Origin: Escherichia coli
GTDB lineage: Bacteria; Pseudomonadota; Gammaproteobacteria; Enterobacterales; Enterobacteriaceae
Reading direction: 5' to 3' (one strand)
DNA length: 64,000 nucleotides
NCBI RefSeq assembly: GCF_045037415.1
Contig: NZ_CP173438.1
The notes under the pieces were generated by a model. That model saw nothing but the letters and a program-made list of their open reading frames with translations. It was not told the origin of the DNA and searched no databases. Positions 33,025 to 46,394 of the stretch are shown here, piece by piece (the first letter of the stretch is position 1; each line of letters opens with the position of its first letter). Both the position numbers and the translations under genes were made by a program.

Positions 33025-34425
33025 ATGCCACATTCCTACGATTACGATGCCATAGTAATAGGTTCCGGCCCCGGCGGCGAAGGCGCTGCGATGGGCCTGG
33101 TTAAGCAAGGTGCGCGCGTCGCAGTTATCGAGCGTTATCAAAATGTTGGCGGCGGTTGCACCCACTGGGGCACCATCCCGTCGAAAGCTCTCCGTCACGC
33201 CGTCAGCCGCATTATAGAATTCAATCAAAACCCACTATACAGCGACCATTCCCGACTGCTCCGCTCTTCTTTTGCCGATATCCTTAACCATGCCGATAAC
33301 GTGATTAATCAACAAACGCGCATGCGTCAGGGATTTTACGAACGTAATCACTGTGAAATATTGCAGGGGAACGCTCGCTTTGTTGATGAGCATACGTTGG
33401 CGCTGGATTGCCCGGACGGCAGCGTCGAAACACTAACTGCTGAAAAATTTGTTATTGCCTGCGGTTCTCGTCCATATCATCCAACAGATGTTGATTTCAC
33501 CCATCCACGCATTTATGACAGCGACTCAATTCTTAGCATGCACCACGAACCGCGCCATGTACTTATTTACGGTGCTGGAGTGATCGGCTGTGAATATGCG
33601 TCGATCTTCCGCGGTATGGATGTAAAAGTGGATCTGATCAACACCCGCGATCGCCTGCTGGCATTTCTCGATCAAGAGATGTCAGATTCTCTCTCCTATC
33701 ACTTCTGGAACAGTGGCGTAGTGATTCGTCACAACGAAGAGTACGAGAAGATCGAAGGCTGTGATGACGGTGTGATCATGCATCTGAAGTCGGGTAAAAA
33801 ACTGAAAGCTGACTGTCTGCTCTATGCCAACGGTCGCACCGGTAATACCGATTCGCTGGCGTTACAGAACATTGGGCTGGAAACTGACAGTCGCGGACAG
33901 CTGAAGGTCAACAGCATGTATCAGACCGCACAGCCGCACGTTTACGCGGTGGGCGACGTGATTGGTTATCCGAGCCTGGCGTCGGCAGCCTATGACCAGG
34001 GGCGCATTGCCGCGCAGGCGCTGGTGAAAGGTGAAGCCACCGCACATCTGATTGAAGATATCCCTACCGGCATTTACACCATCCCGGAAATCAGCTCTGT
34101 AGGCAAAACCGAACAGCAGCTGACCGCGATGAAAGTGCCATATGAAGTAGGCCGCGCCCAGTTTAAACATCTGGCACGTGCACAAATCGTCGGCATGAAC
34201 GTGGGCACGCTGAAAATTTTGTTCCATCGGGAAACAAAAGAGATTCTGGGTATTCACTGCTTTGGCGAGCGCGCTGCCGAAATTATTCATATCGGTCAGG
34301 CGATTATGGAACAGAAAGGTGGCGGCAACACTATTGAGTACTTCGTCAACACCACCTTTAACTACCCGACGATGGCGGAAGCCTATCGGGTAGCTGCGCT
34401 AAATGGCTTAAACCGCCTGTTTTAA
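33025..34425 (+). CDS. sthA: Soluble pyridine nucleotide transhydrogenase
   Basis: 466 aa; FAD-binding GSGPGG; 3' end overlaps oxyR convergently. Confidence 0.95.
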
Positions 34426-35325
34426 CACTTTATCGAAATGGCCATCCATTCTTGCGCGGATGGCCTCTGCCAGCTGCTCATAGCGGCTGCGCAGCGGTGA
34501 GCCAGGACGATAAACCAGGCCAATAGTGCGGCGTGGTTCCGGCTTAATGCACGGCAGATAAACAACCCCATCGCGTTTGCGTTCCGGCGGCACAGCCAGC
34601 GCAGGCAGTAAAGTGATCCCGCTACCTGCCGCCACCATGTTGCGCAGAGTTTCCAGGCTGGTCGCGCGGAAGTGTGTATCTTCATCCGCCCCGGCTTCAA
34701 AACAGAAACCCATTGCCTGATCGCGCAAACAGTGACCATCTTCCAGCATCAGCAGTTTTTCCCCTGCCAGATCGGCCATCGGTACGCATTCGCGGTTCGC
34801 CCACGGGTGGTCTTCATAGATAGCCAGCAACATTGGCTCATCAAACAACGGCACTTCAATGAATGCTTCGCTCTCTTTCACCAGCGCGAGGATCACGCAA
34901 TCGAGTTTGCCGCTGTCCAGTTGCGCCAGTAACTGGTGGGTCTGTGCTTCATGCAGATACATTTCCAGCTTTGGAAAGGTCTGGTGCAGCATCGGGATAA
35001 TATGCGGTAGCAGGTACGGTCCAACCGTGGGAATCAAACCAATATGCAGCGGTCCGGACATCGTCTCGCCCTGCTGGCTTGCCATCTCTTTAAGGACTTT
35101 CACCTCACGCAGCACGGTACGCGCCTGATCCACCAGCAGCATTCCCGCCTGGGTGAATAACACTTTACGGCTGGTCCGCTCCAGCAACATCACGCCCAGC
35201 TCATCTTCCAGCTTACGAATTTGCCCGCTAAGCGTCGGCTGGCTAACGTGGCAGGAATCTGCCGCACGCCGAAAATGGCGGTGTTCAGCCAATGCCACCA
35301 GGTACTCAAGATCACGAATATTCAT
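34408..35325 (-). CDS. oxyR: LysR-family hydrogen peroxide-sensing regulator
   Basis: Track ORF is 315 aa; trimmed to MNIRDLEYL (305 aa); redox cysteines within [13 protein letters not shown]. Confidence 0.95.
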   Translation of the reverse strand: MNIRDLEYLVALAEHRHFRRAADSCHVSQPTLSGQIRKLEDELGVMLLERTSRKVLFTQAGMLLVDQARTVLREVKVLKEMASQQGETMSGPLHIGLIPTVGPYLLPHIIPMLHQTFPKLEMYLHEAQTHQLLAQLDSGKLDCVILALVKESEAFIEVPLFDEPMLLAIYEDHPWANRECVPMADLAGEKLLMLEDGHCLRDQAMGFCFEAGADEDTHFRATSLETLRNMVAAGSGITLLPALAVPPERKRDGVVYLPCIKPEPRRTIGLVYRPGSPLRSRYEQLAEAIRARMDGHFDKVLKQAV

Positions 35326-35420
35326 TATCCATCCTCCATCGCCACGATAGTTCATGGCGATAGGTAGAATAGCAATGAACGATTATCCCTATCAAGCATT
35401 CTGACTGATAATTGCTCACA
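35326..35420. promoter_or_regulatory. Divergent oxyR/oxyS promoter region (OxyR binding region)
   Basis: Position between oxyR start and oxyS start; individual sites not resolved. Confidence 0.5.
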
Positions 35421-35529
35421 GAAACGGAGCGGCACCTCTTTTAACCCTTGAAGTCACAGCCCGTTTCGAGAGTTTCTCAGCTCGAATAACTAAAGCCAAC
35501 GTGAACTTTTGCGGATCTCCAGGATCCGC
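35421..35529 (+). ncRNA. oxyS: OxyS small regulatory RNA
   Basis: 109 nt beginning GAAACGGAGCGGCACCTCTTTTAACCC and ending in hairpin GGATCTCCAGGATCCGC plus T-run; divergent from oxyR. Confidence 0.9.
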
Positions 35530-35591
35530 TTTTTTTTGCCATAAAAAAGCCCAGCGATAAGCCAGGCTCAAATTTATACATATAAATGTTC

Positions 35592-36965
35592 TTACCCCAA
35601 CCGCGCCTGCGCAAAAGCAATCGCCTGCGCCACCTGTTGCGGTGAGACACCGCCTTTTGCCGCACGCTTGTCGAGGCACGATTGCAGCGACAGAATCGGA
35701 TAGACATCTTCGCCAATCACCAGGCTGAATTTCTGCAACTCACTGAGTGGCAGATCTTCCAGCGGTTTGCCCTGACGAATGGCTTCCACCACCGCTTCAC
35801 CCACAATATGGTGCGCCTCGCGGAACGGTACGCCTTTCGCCACCAGATAATCCGCCAGTTCAGTAGCGTTGGAGTAACCCTGCTGCGCCGCTTCCTGGCA
35901 ACGCGGACGTTTCACCTGAATGCCGTCCAGCACCAGCGCCGCCATATGCAGGCAGTCCAGCCAGGTATCGAGCGCGTCGAACAGACCTTCTTTGTCTTCC
36001 TGCATATCTTTGTTGTAAGCCAGCGGCAAACCTTTCAGCGTCATCATCATGCCGGTTAACGCCCCCTGCACCCGACCGCATTTACCGCGAATCAGCTCCA
36101 GCGCATCCGGGTTTTTCTTCTGCGGCATTAATGATGAACCGGAAGTCACACGGTCAGAAAGCTCCACAAACCCCGCTTCGCCGGTGTTAAAGAAAATCAG
36201 ATCTTCAGCAAAACGCGACAGATGCACCATGCCGATAGCGGCAGCAGAAAGCAGTTCCAACACATGGTCACGGTCAGAAACGCTGTCGAGACTGTTACGG
36301 GTCGCCGAAGCAAAGCCCAGCCAACCTGCTAACTGTTCACGGTCGATTTCATAGGCCGTTCCTGCCAGTGCGCCACAGCCTAGCGGGCTGACATCCAGAC
36401 GCTTAAGCGCATCCTGCAAACGGCTTTCATCACGCGCCAGCATCTCAACGTAGGCCAGGCACCAGTGCGCGAACGTCACCGGCTGGGCGCGTTGCAGGTG
36501 GGTGTAACCCGGCATCACCGCGTCCTGATTGTTCTGCGCGGTCTCGACCAGAGCGGATTGTAACTGCCGGTTAGCCGTCAGCAACTCGCTAACGGTATCT
36601 TTGCACCACAGTTTCAGGTCAGTTGCTACCTGATCATTACGGCTACGCCCGGTATGCAATTTTTTGCCTAACTGACCCACTTTGTCGATCAGTTTGCCTT
36701 CCACCCAGCTATGGATATCTTCGGCGTCGCTTTCAAGGATTTGTTGTGGCCTGGCGCGAACATCTTCCAGCAGCACGTTCAGCGCCTCTTCCAGTTGCGC
36801 CTGCTCTTCTGCGGTTAACACGCCGACCGTTACCAGGGCTTTGGACCAGGCCACAGAGCCAACAATATCCTGCTCCGCCAGACGGTAATCAAAGCGCAGT
36901 GAGTCGTTGAATTGTTTGAACCGTTGATCTGCTGCCTGGGTAAAACGCCCGCCCCAAAGTGCCAT
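35592..36965 (-). CDS. argH: Argininosuccinate lyase
   Basis: 457 aa; last gene of argCBH. Confidence 0.95.
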   Translation of the reverse strand: MALWGGRFTQAADQRFKQFNDSLRFDYRLAEQDIVGSVAWSKALVTVGVLTAEEQAQLEEALNVLLEDVRARPQQILESDAEDIHSWVEGKLIDKVGQLGKKLHTGRSRNDQVATDLKLWCKDTVSELLTANRQLQSALVETAQNNQDAVMPGYTHLQRAQPVTFAHWCLAYVEMLARDESRLQDALKRLDVSPLGCGALAGTAYEIDREQLAGWLGFASATRNSLDSVSDRDHVLELLSAAAIGMVHLSRFAEDLIFFNTGEAGFVELSDRVTSGSSLMPQKKNPDALELIRGKCGRVQGALTGMMMTLKGLPLAYNKDMQEDKEGLFDALDTWLDCLHMAALVLDGIQVKRPRCQEAAQQGYSNATELADYLVAKGVPFREAHHIVGEAVVEAIRQGKPLEDLPLSELQKFSLVIGEDVYPILSLQSCLDKRAAKGGVSPQQVAQAIAFAQARLG

Positions 36966-37025
36966 AACTCTGTTTCCTTATTTTGAAATTCAATGCCGGA
37001 AAGCTGCGCCTCCGGCCAACAAAAC

Positions 37026-37802
37026 TTAAGCTAAAATCCGCGTCCCCATCGGCATACCGTTAAACAGTGCCGGAAGCTGTTCCGCATGACGCCAGGAGGC
37101 GATATCTACCGGACGGCCCAACGTGCGCGCAGCATCCAGCGCCGCGTTCACTTTCACAATCATGCCGTCAGTAATAATGCCCTGCTCAATCAGTTGTTCT
37201 GCTTTCGCGGCGGTCATTTCGGCAATACGTTGCCCTTTGCCGTCGAGAATGCCGCTGACGTCAGAGAGCAAAATCAGATCCGCGCCCAGCGTTGCCGCCA
37301 GCGCCGTCGCCGCCTGGTCGGCATTGACGTTCATCAGTTGCCCTTCGTCTGTTACGCCAATGGAGCTGACCACCGGCAGATAACCGTTCTCCAGCAAACT
37401 GTTGATAAGCTTAGGCGAACCTGGCTGCGCCAGTCCAACATGGCCTAACTCTTCATCAAGCTGGGTCACTTTGATGCTGTCGCCGTCACCGAGAAACAAA
37501 CCTACGGCCGCAATCTGATGTTTCTTCGCCCATGCCAGCAGGGTTTTATTTGCCGTTCCCGCCAGTGCTCCGGTGATAATGTCTATCTGATCCGCAGGCG
37601 TCACCCGCAGGCCATTTTTCTTTTTCACCGGCAGATTCAGCCCTTTCATCAGCTCATCCACCACACAACCGCCGCCGTGCACAATCACCAGCGGACGCTG
37701 ATGTGACTCGCGATAATTCACCAGTGCGCTAAACAGACGTTCCAGCGCCTCTTCACTATCCAGCAGTACGCCACCCAGTTTGATAATTAATGGATTCATC
37801 AT
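37026..37802 (-). CDS. argB: Acetylglutamate kinase
   Basis: Track ORF is 269 aa; trimmed to [11 protein letters not shown] (258 aa). Confidence 0.93.
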   Translation of the reverse strand: MMNPLIIKLGGVLLDSEEALERLFSALVNYRESHQRPLVIVHGGGCVVDELMKGLNLPVKKKNGLRVTPADQIDIITGALAGTANKTLLAWAKKHQIAAVGLFLGDGDSIKVTQLDEELGHVGLAQPGSPKLINSLLENGYLPVVSSIGVTDEGQLMNVNADQAATALAATLGADLILLSDVSGILDGKGQRIAEMTAAKAEQLIEQGIITDGMIVKVNAALDAARTLGRPVDIASWRHAEQLPALFNGMPMGTRILA

Positions 37803-37809
37803 TGCACCC

Positions 37810-38814
37810 TTAAATAAGAGACTGCGTTTCCGCATAGCCGAAACGAATATTGGCGCACTGCACCGCTTGTGCCGCCGCGCCTTTCAGTAAGTTGTCTTCG
37901 GTCGCCACAATAATCAGATGCTCGCCCTGAACGGCAAAACCGATATCGCAGAATGGCAGTCCAACGACATTTTTCAGCGCCGGAACGCCTTTGTCATACA
38001 GCCGCACCAGTGGTTTATGGGCATACGCCTGCTGTAACGCTTGCGCCACTTGCACCTGGCTCACACCCGGTTTCAGGCGGCAGGTAATGGTTTCGAGAAT
38101 GCCGCGCGGGAAATTGCCCAGATGCGGGGTGAAGATAACGTCAGCACCGAGGTGTGTGGCGATCTCTGGTTGATGGCGATGGGTAAAGACGCCATACGGT
38201 TGCAGGCTAACTTCACAAAAACTATTTGAAATCGCTGCCTTACGTCCTGCACCGCTCACGCCGCTGGTGGCGTTGATCACCGGCCACTGATTGAGGTCAA
38301 GAAGATCGGCATCAATCAACGGTTTCAGCGCCAGCTGTGCTGCCGTCGGATAACAGCCTGGCACGGCAATCAAGTTCGCTTCTTTTAATTTATTACCGCA
38401 CCACTCCGCCAGACCGTAGGCTGCCTGTTCCAGCAGTTCCGGGTATTGATGGGTAAAGCCGTAATATTTTTCATAGAAGGCGACATCGTTAACACGAAAC
38501 GCGCCGGAAAGGTCGAACACCACACAGCCTGCTTCAAGAAATTGCGGCGCTAAATCGTGGCTGACTTCATGGGCGGTGGCGAGAAACACCACGTCCACCC
38601 CTGGGCTAAACTCGCCGATATCCGACATCGGCTGCAACGGCAGATCAACGATGCCTTTTAGCTGCGGATGCAAATCGGAGATTAACTTTCCCGCATCATT
38701 GCTTTGCGCTGAAACAGTCAAAGCGGTTATGTTCATATGCGGATGGCGATTTACATAGGTCACTAGCTCTGCGCCAGCGTAGCCACTGGCACCCACAATC
38801 AGCGTATTCAACAT
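37810..38814 (-). CDS. argC: N-acetyl-gamma-glutamyl-phosphate reductase
   Basis: 334 aa; first gene of argCBH. Confidence 0.95.
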   Translation of the reverse strand: MLNTLIVGASGYAGAELVTYVNRHPHMNITALTVSAQSNDAGKLISDLHPQLKGIVDLPLQPMSDIGEFSPGVDVVFLATAHEVSHDLAPQFLEAGCVVFDLSGAFRVNDVAFYEKYYGFTHQYPELLEQAAYGLAEWCGNKLKEANLIAVPGCYPTAAQLALKPLIDADLLDLNQWPVINATSGVSGAGRKAAISNSFCEVSLQPYGVFTHRHQPEIATHLGADVIFTPHLGNFPRGILETITCRLKPGVSQVQVAQALQQAYAHKPLVRLYDKGVPALKNVVGLPFCDIGFAVQGEHLIIVATEDNLLKGAAAQAVQCANIRFGYAETQSLI

Positions 38815-38889
38815 CGGGGCTATTCACCTTCTTATGTCTGGTTGCCAGGTTAAACGTAAAACATTCACCTTACGGCTGGTGGGTTTTAT

Positions 38890-38950
38890 TACGCTCAACG
38901 TTAGTGTATTTTTATTCATAAATACTGCATGAATATTGATACTATCATGA
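38890..38950. promoter_or_regulatory. argE/argCBH divergent control region with ARG-box-like operators
   Basis: TGAAT-AT-rich-ATTCA-like elements (ttattcataaatactgcatgaatattgatac) between the divergent arg starts. Confidence 0.55.
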
Positions 38951-38967
38951 CCAGAGGTGTGTCAACA

Positions 38968-40119
38968 ATGAAAAACAAATTACCGCCATTTATCGAGATT
39001 TACCGTGCTCTGATTGCCACACCTTCAATAAGCGCCACGGAAGAGGCACTCGATCAAAGCAATGCAGATTTAATCACTCTGCTGGCGGACTGGTTTAAGG
39101 ATTTAGGCTTCAATGTGGAAGTGCAGTCTGTGCCAGGAACTCGCAACAAATTTAATATGCTGGCCAGTTGCGGACAGGGGGCTGGCGGTTTGTTGCTGGC
39201 GGGGCATACCGATACGGTGCCATTTGATGACGGACGCTGGACGCGCGATCCATTTACGTTGACGGAGCATGACGGCAAGCTTTACGGCTTAGGCACCGCC
39301 GACATGAAAGGCTTTTTTGCGTTTATCCTTGATGCGCTACGCGATGTCGACGTCACGAAGCTTGCAAAACCGCTCTACATTCTGGCGACTGCCGATGAAG
39401 AAACCAGTATGGCCGGAGCGCGTTATTTTGCCGAAACTACCGCCCTGCGCCCGGATTGCGCCATCATTGGCGAGCCAACGTCGCTGCAACCGGTACGCGC
39501 ACATAAAGGCCACATCTCAAATGCCATTCGAATTATGGGTCAGTCGGGCCACTCCAGCGATCCGTCGCGCGGGGTTAACGCTATCGAACTGATGCACGAC
39601 GCCATCGGCCATATTTTGCAATTGCGCGATAACCTGAAAGAACGCTATCACTATGAAGCGTTTACCGTGCCATACCCCACACTCAACCTCGGGCATATTC
39701 ACGGCGGCGACGCCTCTAACCGTATTTGCGCTTGTTGTGAGTTGCATATGGATATTCGTCCGCTGCCAGGCATGACACTCAATGAACTTAATGGTTTGCT
39801 CAACGATGCATTGGCTCCAGTGAGCGAACGCTGGCCGGGTCGTCTGACGGTCGACGAGCTGCACCCGCCGATCCCTGGCTATGAATGCCCACCGAATCAT
39901 AAACTGGTTGAAGTGGTTGAGAAATTGCTCGGAGCAAAGACCGAAGTGGTGAATTACTGTACCGAAGCGCCGTTTATTCAAACGTTATGCCCGACGCTGG
40001 TTCTGGGGCCTGGCTCAATTAATCAGGCTCATCAGCCTGATGAATATCTGGAGACGAGGTTTATCAAGCCCACCCGCGAACTGATCACCCAGGTGATTCA
40101 CCATTTTTGCTGGCATTAA
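38968..40119 (+). CDS. argE: Acetylornithine deacetylase
   Basis: Track ORF is 396 aa; trimmed to [15 protein letters not shown] (383 aa). Confidence 0.93.
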   Translation: MKNKLPPFIEIYRALIATPSISATEEALDQSNADLITLLADWFKDLGFNVEVQSVPGTRNKFNMLASCGQGAGGLLLAGHTDTVPFDDGRWTRDPFTLTEHDGKLYGLGTADMKGFFAFILDALRDVDVTKLAKPLYILATADEETSMAGARYFAETTALRPDCAIIGEPTSLQPVRAHKGHISNAIRIMGQSGHSSDPSRGVNAIELMHDAIGHILQLRDNLKERYHYEAFTVPYPTLNLGHIHGGDASNRICACCELHMDIRPLPGMTLNELNGLLNDALAPVSERWPGRLTVDELHPPIPGYECPPNHKLVEVVEKLLGAKTEVVNYCTEAPFIQTLCPTLVLGPGSINQAHQPDEYLETRFIKPTRELITQVIHHFCWH

Positions 40120-40122
40120 AAC

Positions 40123-40172
40123 GTAGGCCAAACAATGTCGGATGCGATGCTTGCGCATCTTATCCGACCTAC
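40123..40172. repeat. REP-type palindromic element
   Basis: gtaggcc...gtcggatgcgatgcttgcgcatcttatccgacctac palindromic unit after argE. Confidence 0.6.
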
Positions 40173-40420
40173 ACCTTTGGTGTTACTCGAGGCGATTTTT
40201 TAACATTCCCATAAGTTACGCTTATTTAAAGCGTCGTGAATTTAATGGCGTAAATTCCTGCTATTTATTCGTTTGCTGAAGCGATTTCGCAGCATTTGAC
40301 GTCACCGCTTTTACGTGGCTTTATAAAAGACGACGAAAAGCAAAGCCCGAGCATATTCGCGCCAATGCGACGTGAAGGATACAGGGCTATCAAACGATAA
40401 GATGGGGTGTCTGGGGTAAT

Positions 40421-43072
40421 ATGAACGAACAATATTCCGCATTGCGTAGTAATGTCAGTATGCTCGGCAAAGTGCTGGGAGAAACCATCAAGGATGCGTT
40501 GGGAGAACACATTCTTGAACGCGTAGAAACTATCCGTAAGTTGTCCAAATCTTCACGCGCTGGCAATGATGCTAACCGCCAGGAGTTGCTCACCACCTTA
40601 CAAAATTTGTCGAACGACGAGCTGCTGCCCGTTGCGCGTGCGTTTAGTCAGTTTCTGAACCTGGCCAACACCGCTGAGCAATACCACAGCATTTCGCCGA
40701 AAGGCGAAGCTGCCAGCAACCCGGAAGTGATCGCCCGCACCCTGCGTAAACTGAAAAACCAGCCGGAACTGAGCGAAGACACCATCAAAAAAGCAGTGGA
40801 ATCGCTGTCGCTGGAACTGGTCCTCACGGCTCACCCAACCGAAATTACCCGTCGTACACTGATCCACAAAATGGTGGAAGTGAACGCCTGTTTAAAACAG
40901 CTCGATAACAAAGATATCGCCGACTACGAACACAACCAGCTGATGCGCCGCCTGCGCCAGTTGATCGCCCAGTCATGGCATACCGATGAAATCCGTAAAC
41001 TGCGCCCAAGCCCGGTAGATGAAGCCAAATGGGGCTTTGCCGTAGTAGAAAACAGCCTGTGGCAAGGCGTACCGAATTACCTGCGCGAACTGAACGAACA
41101 ACTGGAAGAGAACCTCGGCTACAAACTGCCCGTCGAATTTGTTCCGGTACGTTTTACCTCGTGGATGGGCGGTGACCGCGACGGCAATCCGAACGTCACT
41201 GCCGATATCACCCGCCACGTCCTGCTACTCAGCCGCTGGAAAGCCACCGATTTGTTCCTGAAAGATATTCAGGTTCTGGTTTCTGAACTGTCGATGGTTG
41301 AAGCCACCCCTGAACTGCTGGCACTGGTTGGCGAAGAGGGTGCCGCAGAACCGTATCGCTATCTGATGAAAAACCTGCGTTCTCGCCTGATGGCGACACA
41401 GGCATGGCTGGAAGCGCGCCTGAAAGGCGAAGAACTGCCAAAACCAGAAGGTCTGCTGACACAAAACGAAGAACTGTGGGAACCGCTCTACGCTTGCTAC
41501 CAGTCACTTCAGGCGTGTGGCATGGGTATTATCGCCAATGGCGATCTGCTCGACACCCTGCGCCGCGTGAAATGTTTCGGCGTACCGCTGGTGCGTATTG
41601 ATATCCGTCAGGAGAGCACCCGCCATACCGAAGCGCTGGGCGAGCTGACCCGCTACCTCGGTATCGGCGACTACGAGAGCTGGTCAGAAGCCGACAAACA
41701 GGCGTTCCTGATCCGCGAACTGAACTCCAAACGTCCGCTTCTACCGCGCAACTGGCAACCAAGCGCCGAAACGCGCGAAGTGCTCGATACCTGCCAGGTG
41801 ATTGCCGAAGCGCCGCAAGGCTCCATTGCCGCCTACGTGATCTCGATGGCGAAAACGCCGTCCGACGTGCTGGCTGTCCACCTGCTGCTGAAAGAAGCGG
41901 GTATCGGGTTTGCGATGCCGGTTGCTCCGCTGTTTGAAACCCTCGATGACCTGAACAACGCCAACGATGTCATGACCCAGCTGCTGAATATCGACTGGTA
42001 TCGCGGCCTGATTCAGGGCAAACAGATGGTGATGATTGGCTATTCCGACTCAGCAAAAGATGCGGGCGTGATGGCAGCTTCCTGGGCGCAATATCAGGCA
42101 CAGGATGCATTAATCAAAACCTGCGAAAAAGCGGGTATTGAGCTGACGTTGTTCCACGGTCGCGGCGGTTCCATTGGTCGCGGCGGCGCACCTGCCCATG
42201 CGGCGCTGCTGTCACAACCGCCAGGAAGCCTGAAAGGTGGCCTGCGCGTGACCGAACAGGGCGAGATGATCCGCTTTAAATATGGTCTGCCAGAAATCAC
42301 CGTCAGCAGCCTGTCGCTGTACACCGGGGCGATTCTGGAAGCCAACCTGCTGCCACCGCCTGAGCCGAAAGAGAGCTGGCGTCGCATTATGGATGAACTG
42401 TCAGTCATCTCCTGCGATCTCTACCGTGGCTACGTACGTGAAAACAAAGATTTTGTGCCTTACTTCCGCTCCGCTACGCCGGAACAAGAATTGGGTAAAC
42501 TGCCGTTGGGTTCACGTCCGGCGAAACGTCGCCCGACCGGCGGCGTCGAGTCGCTGCGCGCCATTCCGTGGATTTTTGCCTGGACGCAAAACCGCCTGAT
42601 GCTCCCCGCCTGGCTGGGTGCAGGTACGGCGCTGCAAAAAGTGGTCGAAGATGGCAAACAGAGCGAGCTGGAAGCCATGTGCCGCGATTGGCCATTCTTC
42701 TCGACGCGTCTCGGCATGCTGGAGATGGTCTTCGCCAAAGCAGACCTGTGGCTGGCAGAATACTATGACCAACGCCTGGTCGACAAAGCACTGTGGCCGT
42801 TAGGTAAAGAGTTACGCAATCTGCAAGAAGAAGACATCAAAGTGGTGCTGGCGATTGCCAACGATTCTCACCTGATGGCCGATCTGCCGTGGATTGCAGA
42901 GTCTATTCAGCTACGGAATATTTACACCGACCCGCTGAACGTATTGCAGGCCGAGTTGCTGCACCGCTCCCGCCAGGCAGAAAAAGAAGGCCATGAACCG
43001 GATCCTCGCGTCGAGCAGGCGTTAATGGTCACTATTGCCGGGATTGCGGCAGGTATGCGTAATACCGGCTAA
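40421..43072 (+). CDS. ppc: Phosphoenolpyruvate carboxylase
   Basis: 883 aa; [24 protein letters not shown]. Confidence 0.97.
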   Translation: MNEQYSALRSNVSMLGKVLGETIKDALGEHILERVETIRKLSKSSRAGNDANRQELLTTLQNLSNDELLPVARAFSQFLNLANTAEQYHSISPKGEAASNPEVIARTLRKLKNQPELSEDTIKKAVESLSLELVLTAHPTEITRRTLIHKMVEVNACLKQLDNKDIADYEHNQLMRRLRQLIAQSWHTDEIRKLRPSPVDEAKWGFAVVENSLWQGVPNYLRELNEQLEENLGYKLPVEFVPVRFTSWMGGDRDGNPNVTADITRHVLLLSRWKATDLFLKDIQVLVSELSMVEATPELLALVGEEGAAEPYRYLMKNLRSRLMATQAWLEARLKGEELPKPEGLLTQNEELWEPLYACYQSLQACGMGIIANGDLLDTLRRVKCFGVPLVRIDIRQESTRHTEALGELTRYLGIGDYESWSEADKQAFLIRELNSKRPLLPRNWQPSAETREVLDTCQVIAEAPQGSIAAYVISMAKTPSDVLAVHLLLKEAGIGFAMPVAPLFETLDDLNNANDVMTQLLNIDWYRGLIQGKQMVMIGYSDSAKDAGVMAASWAQYQAQDALIKTCEKAGIELTLFHGRGGSIGRGGAPAHAALLSQPPGSLKGGLRVTEQGEMIRFKYGLPEITVSSLSLYTGAILEANLLPPPEPKESWRRIMDELSVISCDLYRGYVRENKDFVPYFRSATPEQELGKLPLGSRPAKRRPTGGVESLRAIPWIFAWTQNRLMLPAWLGAGTALQKVVEDGKQSELEAMCRDWPFFSTRLGMLEMVFAKADLWLAEYYDQRLVDKALWPLGKELRNLQEEDIKVVLAIANDSHLMADLPWIAESIQLRNIYTDPLNVLQAELLHRSRQAEKEGHEPDPRVEQALMVTIAGIAAGMRNTG

Positions 43073-43254
43073 TCTTCCTCTCCTGCAAACCCTCGTGCTT
43101 TTGCGCGAGGGTTTTCTGAAATACTGCTGTTCTAACACCCTCGTTTTCAATATATTTCTGTCTGCATTTTATTCAAAATCTGGATATCCCTTCAGATATC
43201 CTTAAGGAATTGTCGTTACATTCGGCGATATTTTTTTCAAGACAGGTTCTTACT

Positions 43255-44988
43255 ATGCATTCCACAGAAGTCCAGGCTAAACCCCTTTTTAGCTGGAAAG
43301 CCCTGGGTTGGGCACTGCTCTACTTTTGGTTTTTCTCTACTCTGCTACAGGCCATTATTTACATCAGTGGTTATAGTGGCACTAACGGCATTCGCGACTC
43401 GCTGTTATTCAGTTCGCTGTGGTTGATCCCGGTATTCCTCTTTCCGAAGCGGATTAAAATTATTGCCGCAGTGATCGGCGTGGTGCTATGGGCGGCCTCT
43501 CTGGCGGCGCTGTGCTATTACGTCATCTACGGTCAGGAGTTCTCGCAGAGCGTTCTGTTTGTGATGTTCGAAACCAACACCAACGAAGCCAGCGAGTATT
43601 TAAGCCAGTATTTCAGCCTGAAAATTGTGCTTATCGCGCTGGCCTATACGGCGGTGGCAGTTCTGCTGTGGACACGCCTGCGCCCGGTCTATATTCCAAA
43701 GCCGTGGCGTTATGTTGTCTCTTTTGCCCTACTTTATGGCTTGATTCTGCATCCGATCGCCATGAATACGTTTATCAAAAACAAGCCGTTTGAGAAAACG
43801 TTGGATAACCTGGCATCGCGTATGGAGCCTGCCGCACCGTGGCAATTCCTGACCGGCTATTATCAGTATCGTCAGCAACTAAACTCGCTAACAAAGCTAC
43901 TGAATGAAAATAATGCATTGCCGCCGCTGGCTAATTTCAAAGATGAATCGGGTAACGAACCGCGCACCTTAGTGCTGGTAATTGGCGAATCGACCCAGCG
44001 TGGACGCATGAGCCTGTACGGTTATCCGCGTGAAACCACGCCGGAGCTGGATGCGCTGCATAAAACCGATCCGAATCTGACCGTGTTTAATAACGTGGTT
44101 ACGTCTCGTCCGTACACCATTGAAATCCTGCAACAGGCGCTGACCTTTGCCAATGAAAAGAACCCGGATCTGTATCTGACGCAGCCGTCGCTGATGAACA
44201 TGATGAAACAGGCGGGTTATAAAACCTTCTGGATCACCAACCAGCAGACAATGACCGCCCGCAATACGATGCTGACGGTATTTTCGCGCCAGACCGACAA
44301 GCAGTACTACATGAACCAGCAACGTACGCAGAGTGCGCGTGAATACGACACCAACGTGCTGAAGCCGTTCCAGGAAGTGCTGAAGGACCCTGCGCCGAAG
44401 AAACTGATCATCGTTCATCTGCTGGGTACGCATATCAAGTACAAGTACCGTTATCCGGAAGATCAGGGCAAATTTGACGGTAATACAGAGCATGTTCCAC
44501 CGGGATTAAACGCAGAAGAGCTGGAGTCATATAATGATTATGACAATGCTAACCTGTACAACGATCACGTGGTTGCCAGCCTGATTAAAGACTTTAAAGC
44601 GACCGATCCGAACGGTTTCCTGGTTTATTTCTCTGACCACGGTGAAGAGGTTTACGACACGCCGCCGCACAAAACTCAGGGGCGTAATGAAGACAATCCG
44701 ACGCGTCATATGTACACCATTCCGTTCCTGCTGTGGACGTCAGAAAAATGGCAAGCGACTCATCCGCGTGATTTCTCACAGGATGTTGATCGTAAATACA
44801 GCCTGGCGGAACTGATCCACACCTGGTCAGATTTGGCGGGCTTATCTTACGACGGTTACGATCCAACCCGTTCAGTGGTGAATCCGCAGTTCAAAGAAAC
44901 TACCCGCTGGATTGGTAACCCGTATAAGAAAAACGCACTGATCGATTACGACACTCTGCCGTATGGCGATCAGGTGGGTAATCAGTAA
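43255..44988 (+). CDS. eptC: Phosphoethanolamine transferase (LPS core modification)
   Basis: Track ORF is 592 aa; trimmed to MHSTEVQAKPLFSW (577 aa); N-terminal membrane helices plus sulfatase-like domain. Confidence 0.9.
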   Translation: MHSTEVQAKPLFSWKALGWALLYFWFFSTLLQAIIYISGYSGTNGIRDSLLFSSLWLIPVFLFPKRIKIIAAVIGVVLWAASLAALCYYVIYGQEFSQSVLFVMFETNTNEASEYLSQYFSLKIVLIALAYTAVAVLLWTRLRPVYIPKPWRYVVSFALLYGLILHPIAMNTFIKNKPFEKTLDNLASRMEPAAPWQFLTGYYQYRQQLNSLTKLLNENNALPPLANFKDESGNEPRTLVLVIGESTQRGRMSLYGYPRETTPELDALHKTDPNLTVFNNVVTSRPYTIEILQQALTFANEKNPDLYLTQPSLMNMMKQAGYKTFWITNQQTMTARNTMLTVFSRQTDKQYYMNQQRTQSAREYDTNVLKPFQEVLKDPAPKKLIIVHLLGTHIKYKYRYPEDQGKFDGNTEHVPPGLNAEELESYNDYDNANLYNDHVVASLIKDFKATDPNGFLVYFSDHGEEVYDTPPHKTQGRNEDNPTRHMYTIPFLLWTSEKWQATHPRDFSQDVDRKYSLAELIHTWSDLAGLSYDGYDPTRSVVNPQFKETTRWIGNPYKKNALIDYDTLPYGDQVGNQ

Positions 44989-45008
44989 TTATCAGCCAGA
45001 TGTTATTT

Positions 45009-45090
<82 letters not shown>

Positions 45091-45213
45091 AATACAAGTC
45101 GACTGAAACTGCCGCAATGTTTACATCTCACTCCCATCAGGCCACACTTTTCAGGTGGCCTTTTTTCATAATGCCAGTTACTGTTTTCCCGTCTACATAC
45201 CTAAGGGAATAAC

Positions 45214-46065
45214 ATGTATCACGACGTCAGCTATCTGCTCTCCCGCCTGATCAACGGCCCGCTGTCCCTGCGCCAGATTTACTTTGCCAGCAGCAACGGC
45301 CCGGTGCCCGATCTTGCGTATCAGGTCGATTTTCCACGTCTGGAAATTGTGCTGGAAGGTGAGTTTATTGATACCGGCGCTGGAGCAGCGTTAGTTCCCG
45401 GCGATGTGCTGTACGTCCCTGCTGGTGGCTGGAATTTTCCACAATGGCAAGCCCCCGCCACGACCTTTAGCGTGCTATTTGGCAAACAGCAACTCGGCTT
45501 CAGCGTCGTGCAATGGGATGGCAAACAATATCAAAATCTGGCGAAGCAACACGTCGCCCGACGCGGCCCACGCATTGGTTCTTTTCTGCTACAAACGCTC
45601 AATGAAATGCAAATGCAGTCGCAGGAGCAGCAAACGGCCAGACTTATCGTCGCCAGCCTGCTTAGCCACTGCCGCGATTTGCTCGGCAGCCAAATACAGA
45701 CCGCCTCACGCAGCCAGGCTCTATTCGAAGCTATTCGTGATTATATCGACGAACGCTATGCCTCCGCACTTACCCGCGAATCTGTCGCACAGGCGTTCTA
45801 TATTTCGCCAAATTACCTCTCGCACCTGTTTCAAAAAACGGGGGCCATTGGTTTTAACGAATACCTGAATCACACGCGACTGGAGCACGCTAAGACATTA
45901 TTGAAAGGCTATGACCTGAAGGTAAAAGAAGTGGCGCACGCCTGCGGCTTTGTCGACAGCAACTACTTCTGCCGTCTGTTTCGTAAAAATACCGAACGCT
46001 CGCCGTCGGAATATCGTCGGCAGTACCACAGCCAACTGACAGAAAAACCGACTACTCCAGAATAA
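45214..46065 (+). CDS. yijO: AraC-family transcriptional regulator
   Basis: 283 aa; C-terminal AraC HTH region. Confidence 0.88.
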   Translation: MYHDVSYLLSRLINGPLSLRQIYFASSNGPVPDLAYQVDFPRLEIVLEGEFIDTGAGAALVPGDVLYVPAGGWNFPQWQAPATTFSVLFGKQQLGFSVVQWDGKQYQNLAKQHVARRGPRIGSFLLQTLNEMQMQSQEQQTARLIVASLLSHCRDLLGSQIQTASRSQALFEAIRDYIDERYASALTRESVAQAFYISPNYLSHLFQKTGAIGFNEYLNHTRLEHAKTLLKGYDLKVKEVAHACGFVDSNYFCRLFRKNTERSPSEYRRQYHSQLTEKPTTPE

Positions 46066-46393
46066 GATGGGTTTGCTGCGGCGCAGAAAGCACTTTGCGC
46101 ACTGCGCTCATCACCCTCTGCGGCTCACGCAGGAAAGCGTAGATGCTGCATTGCACGTAGCGACAATGTTCAAATCGCTCAGCACCGGCAAGCTCGATAT
46201 CCGTAATTAACAGCGCAACATCCGCCCGGCGGATATCCTCGTCCGCTAAACGATTCTCCGTTCCCAACGCGCCCTGAGTTTCAATGCTGACGCCCCACTT
46301 CTCTAACTGGCACAACTTTTCCAGCCGTTCCGCCGCCATATAAGTATGCGCCACGCCGCTTACGCAGGCGGTTACTGCCACCAGATATGCCAT
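46052..46393 (-). CDS. frwD: PTS fructose-like IIB component
   Basis: Track ORF is 141 aa; trimmed to MAYLVAVTACVSGVAHTYMAAE (113 aa). Confidence 0.88.
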   Translation of the reverse strand: MAYLVAVTACVSGVAHTYMAAERLEKLCQLEKWGVSIETQGALGTENRLADEDIRRADVALLITDIELAGAERFEHCRYVQCSIYAFLREPQRVMSAVRKVLSAPQQTHLILE

Positions 46394-46394
46394 T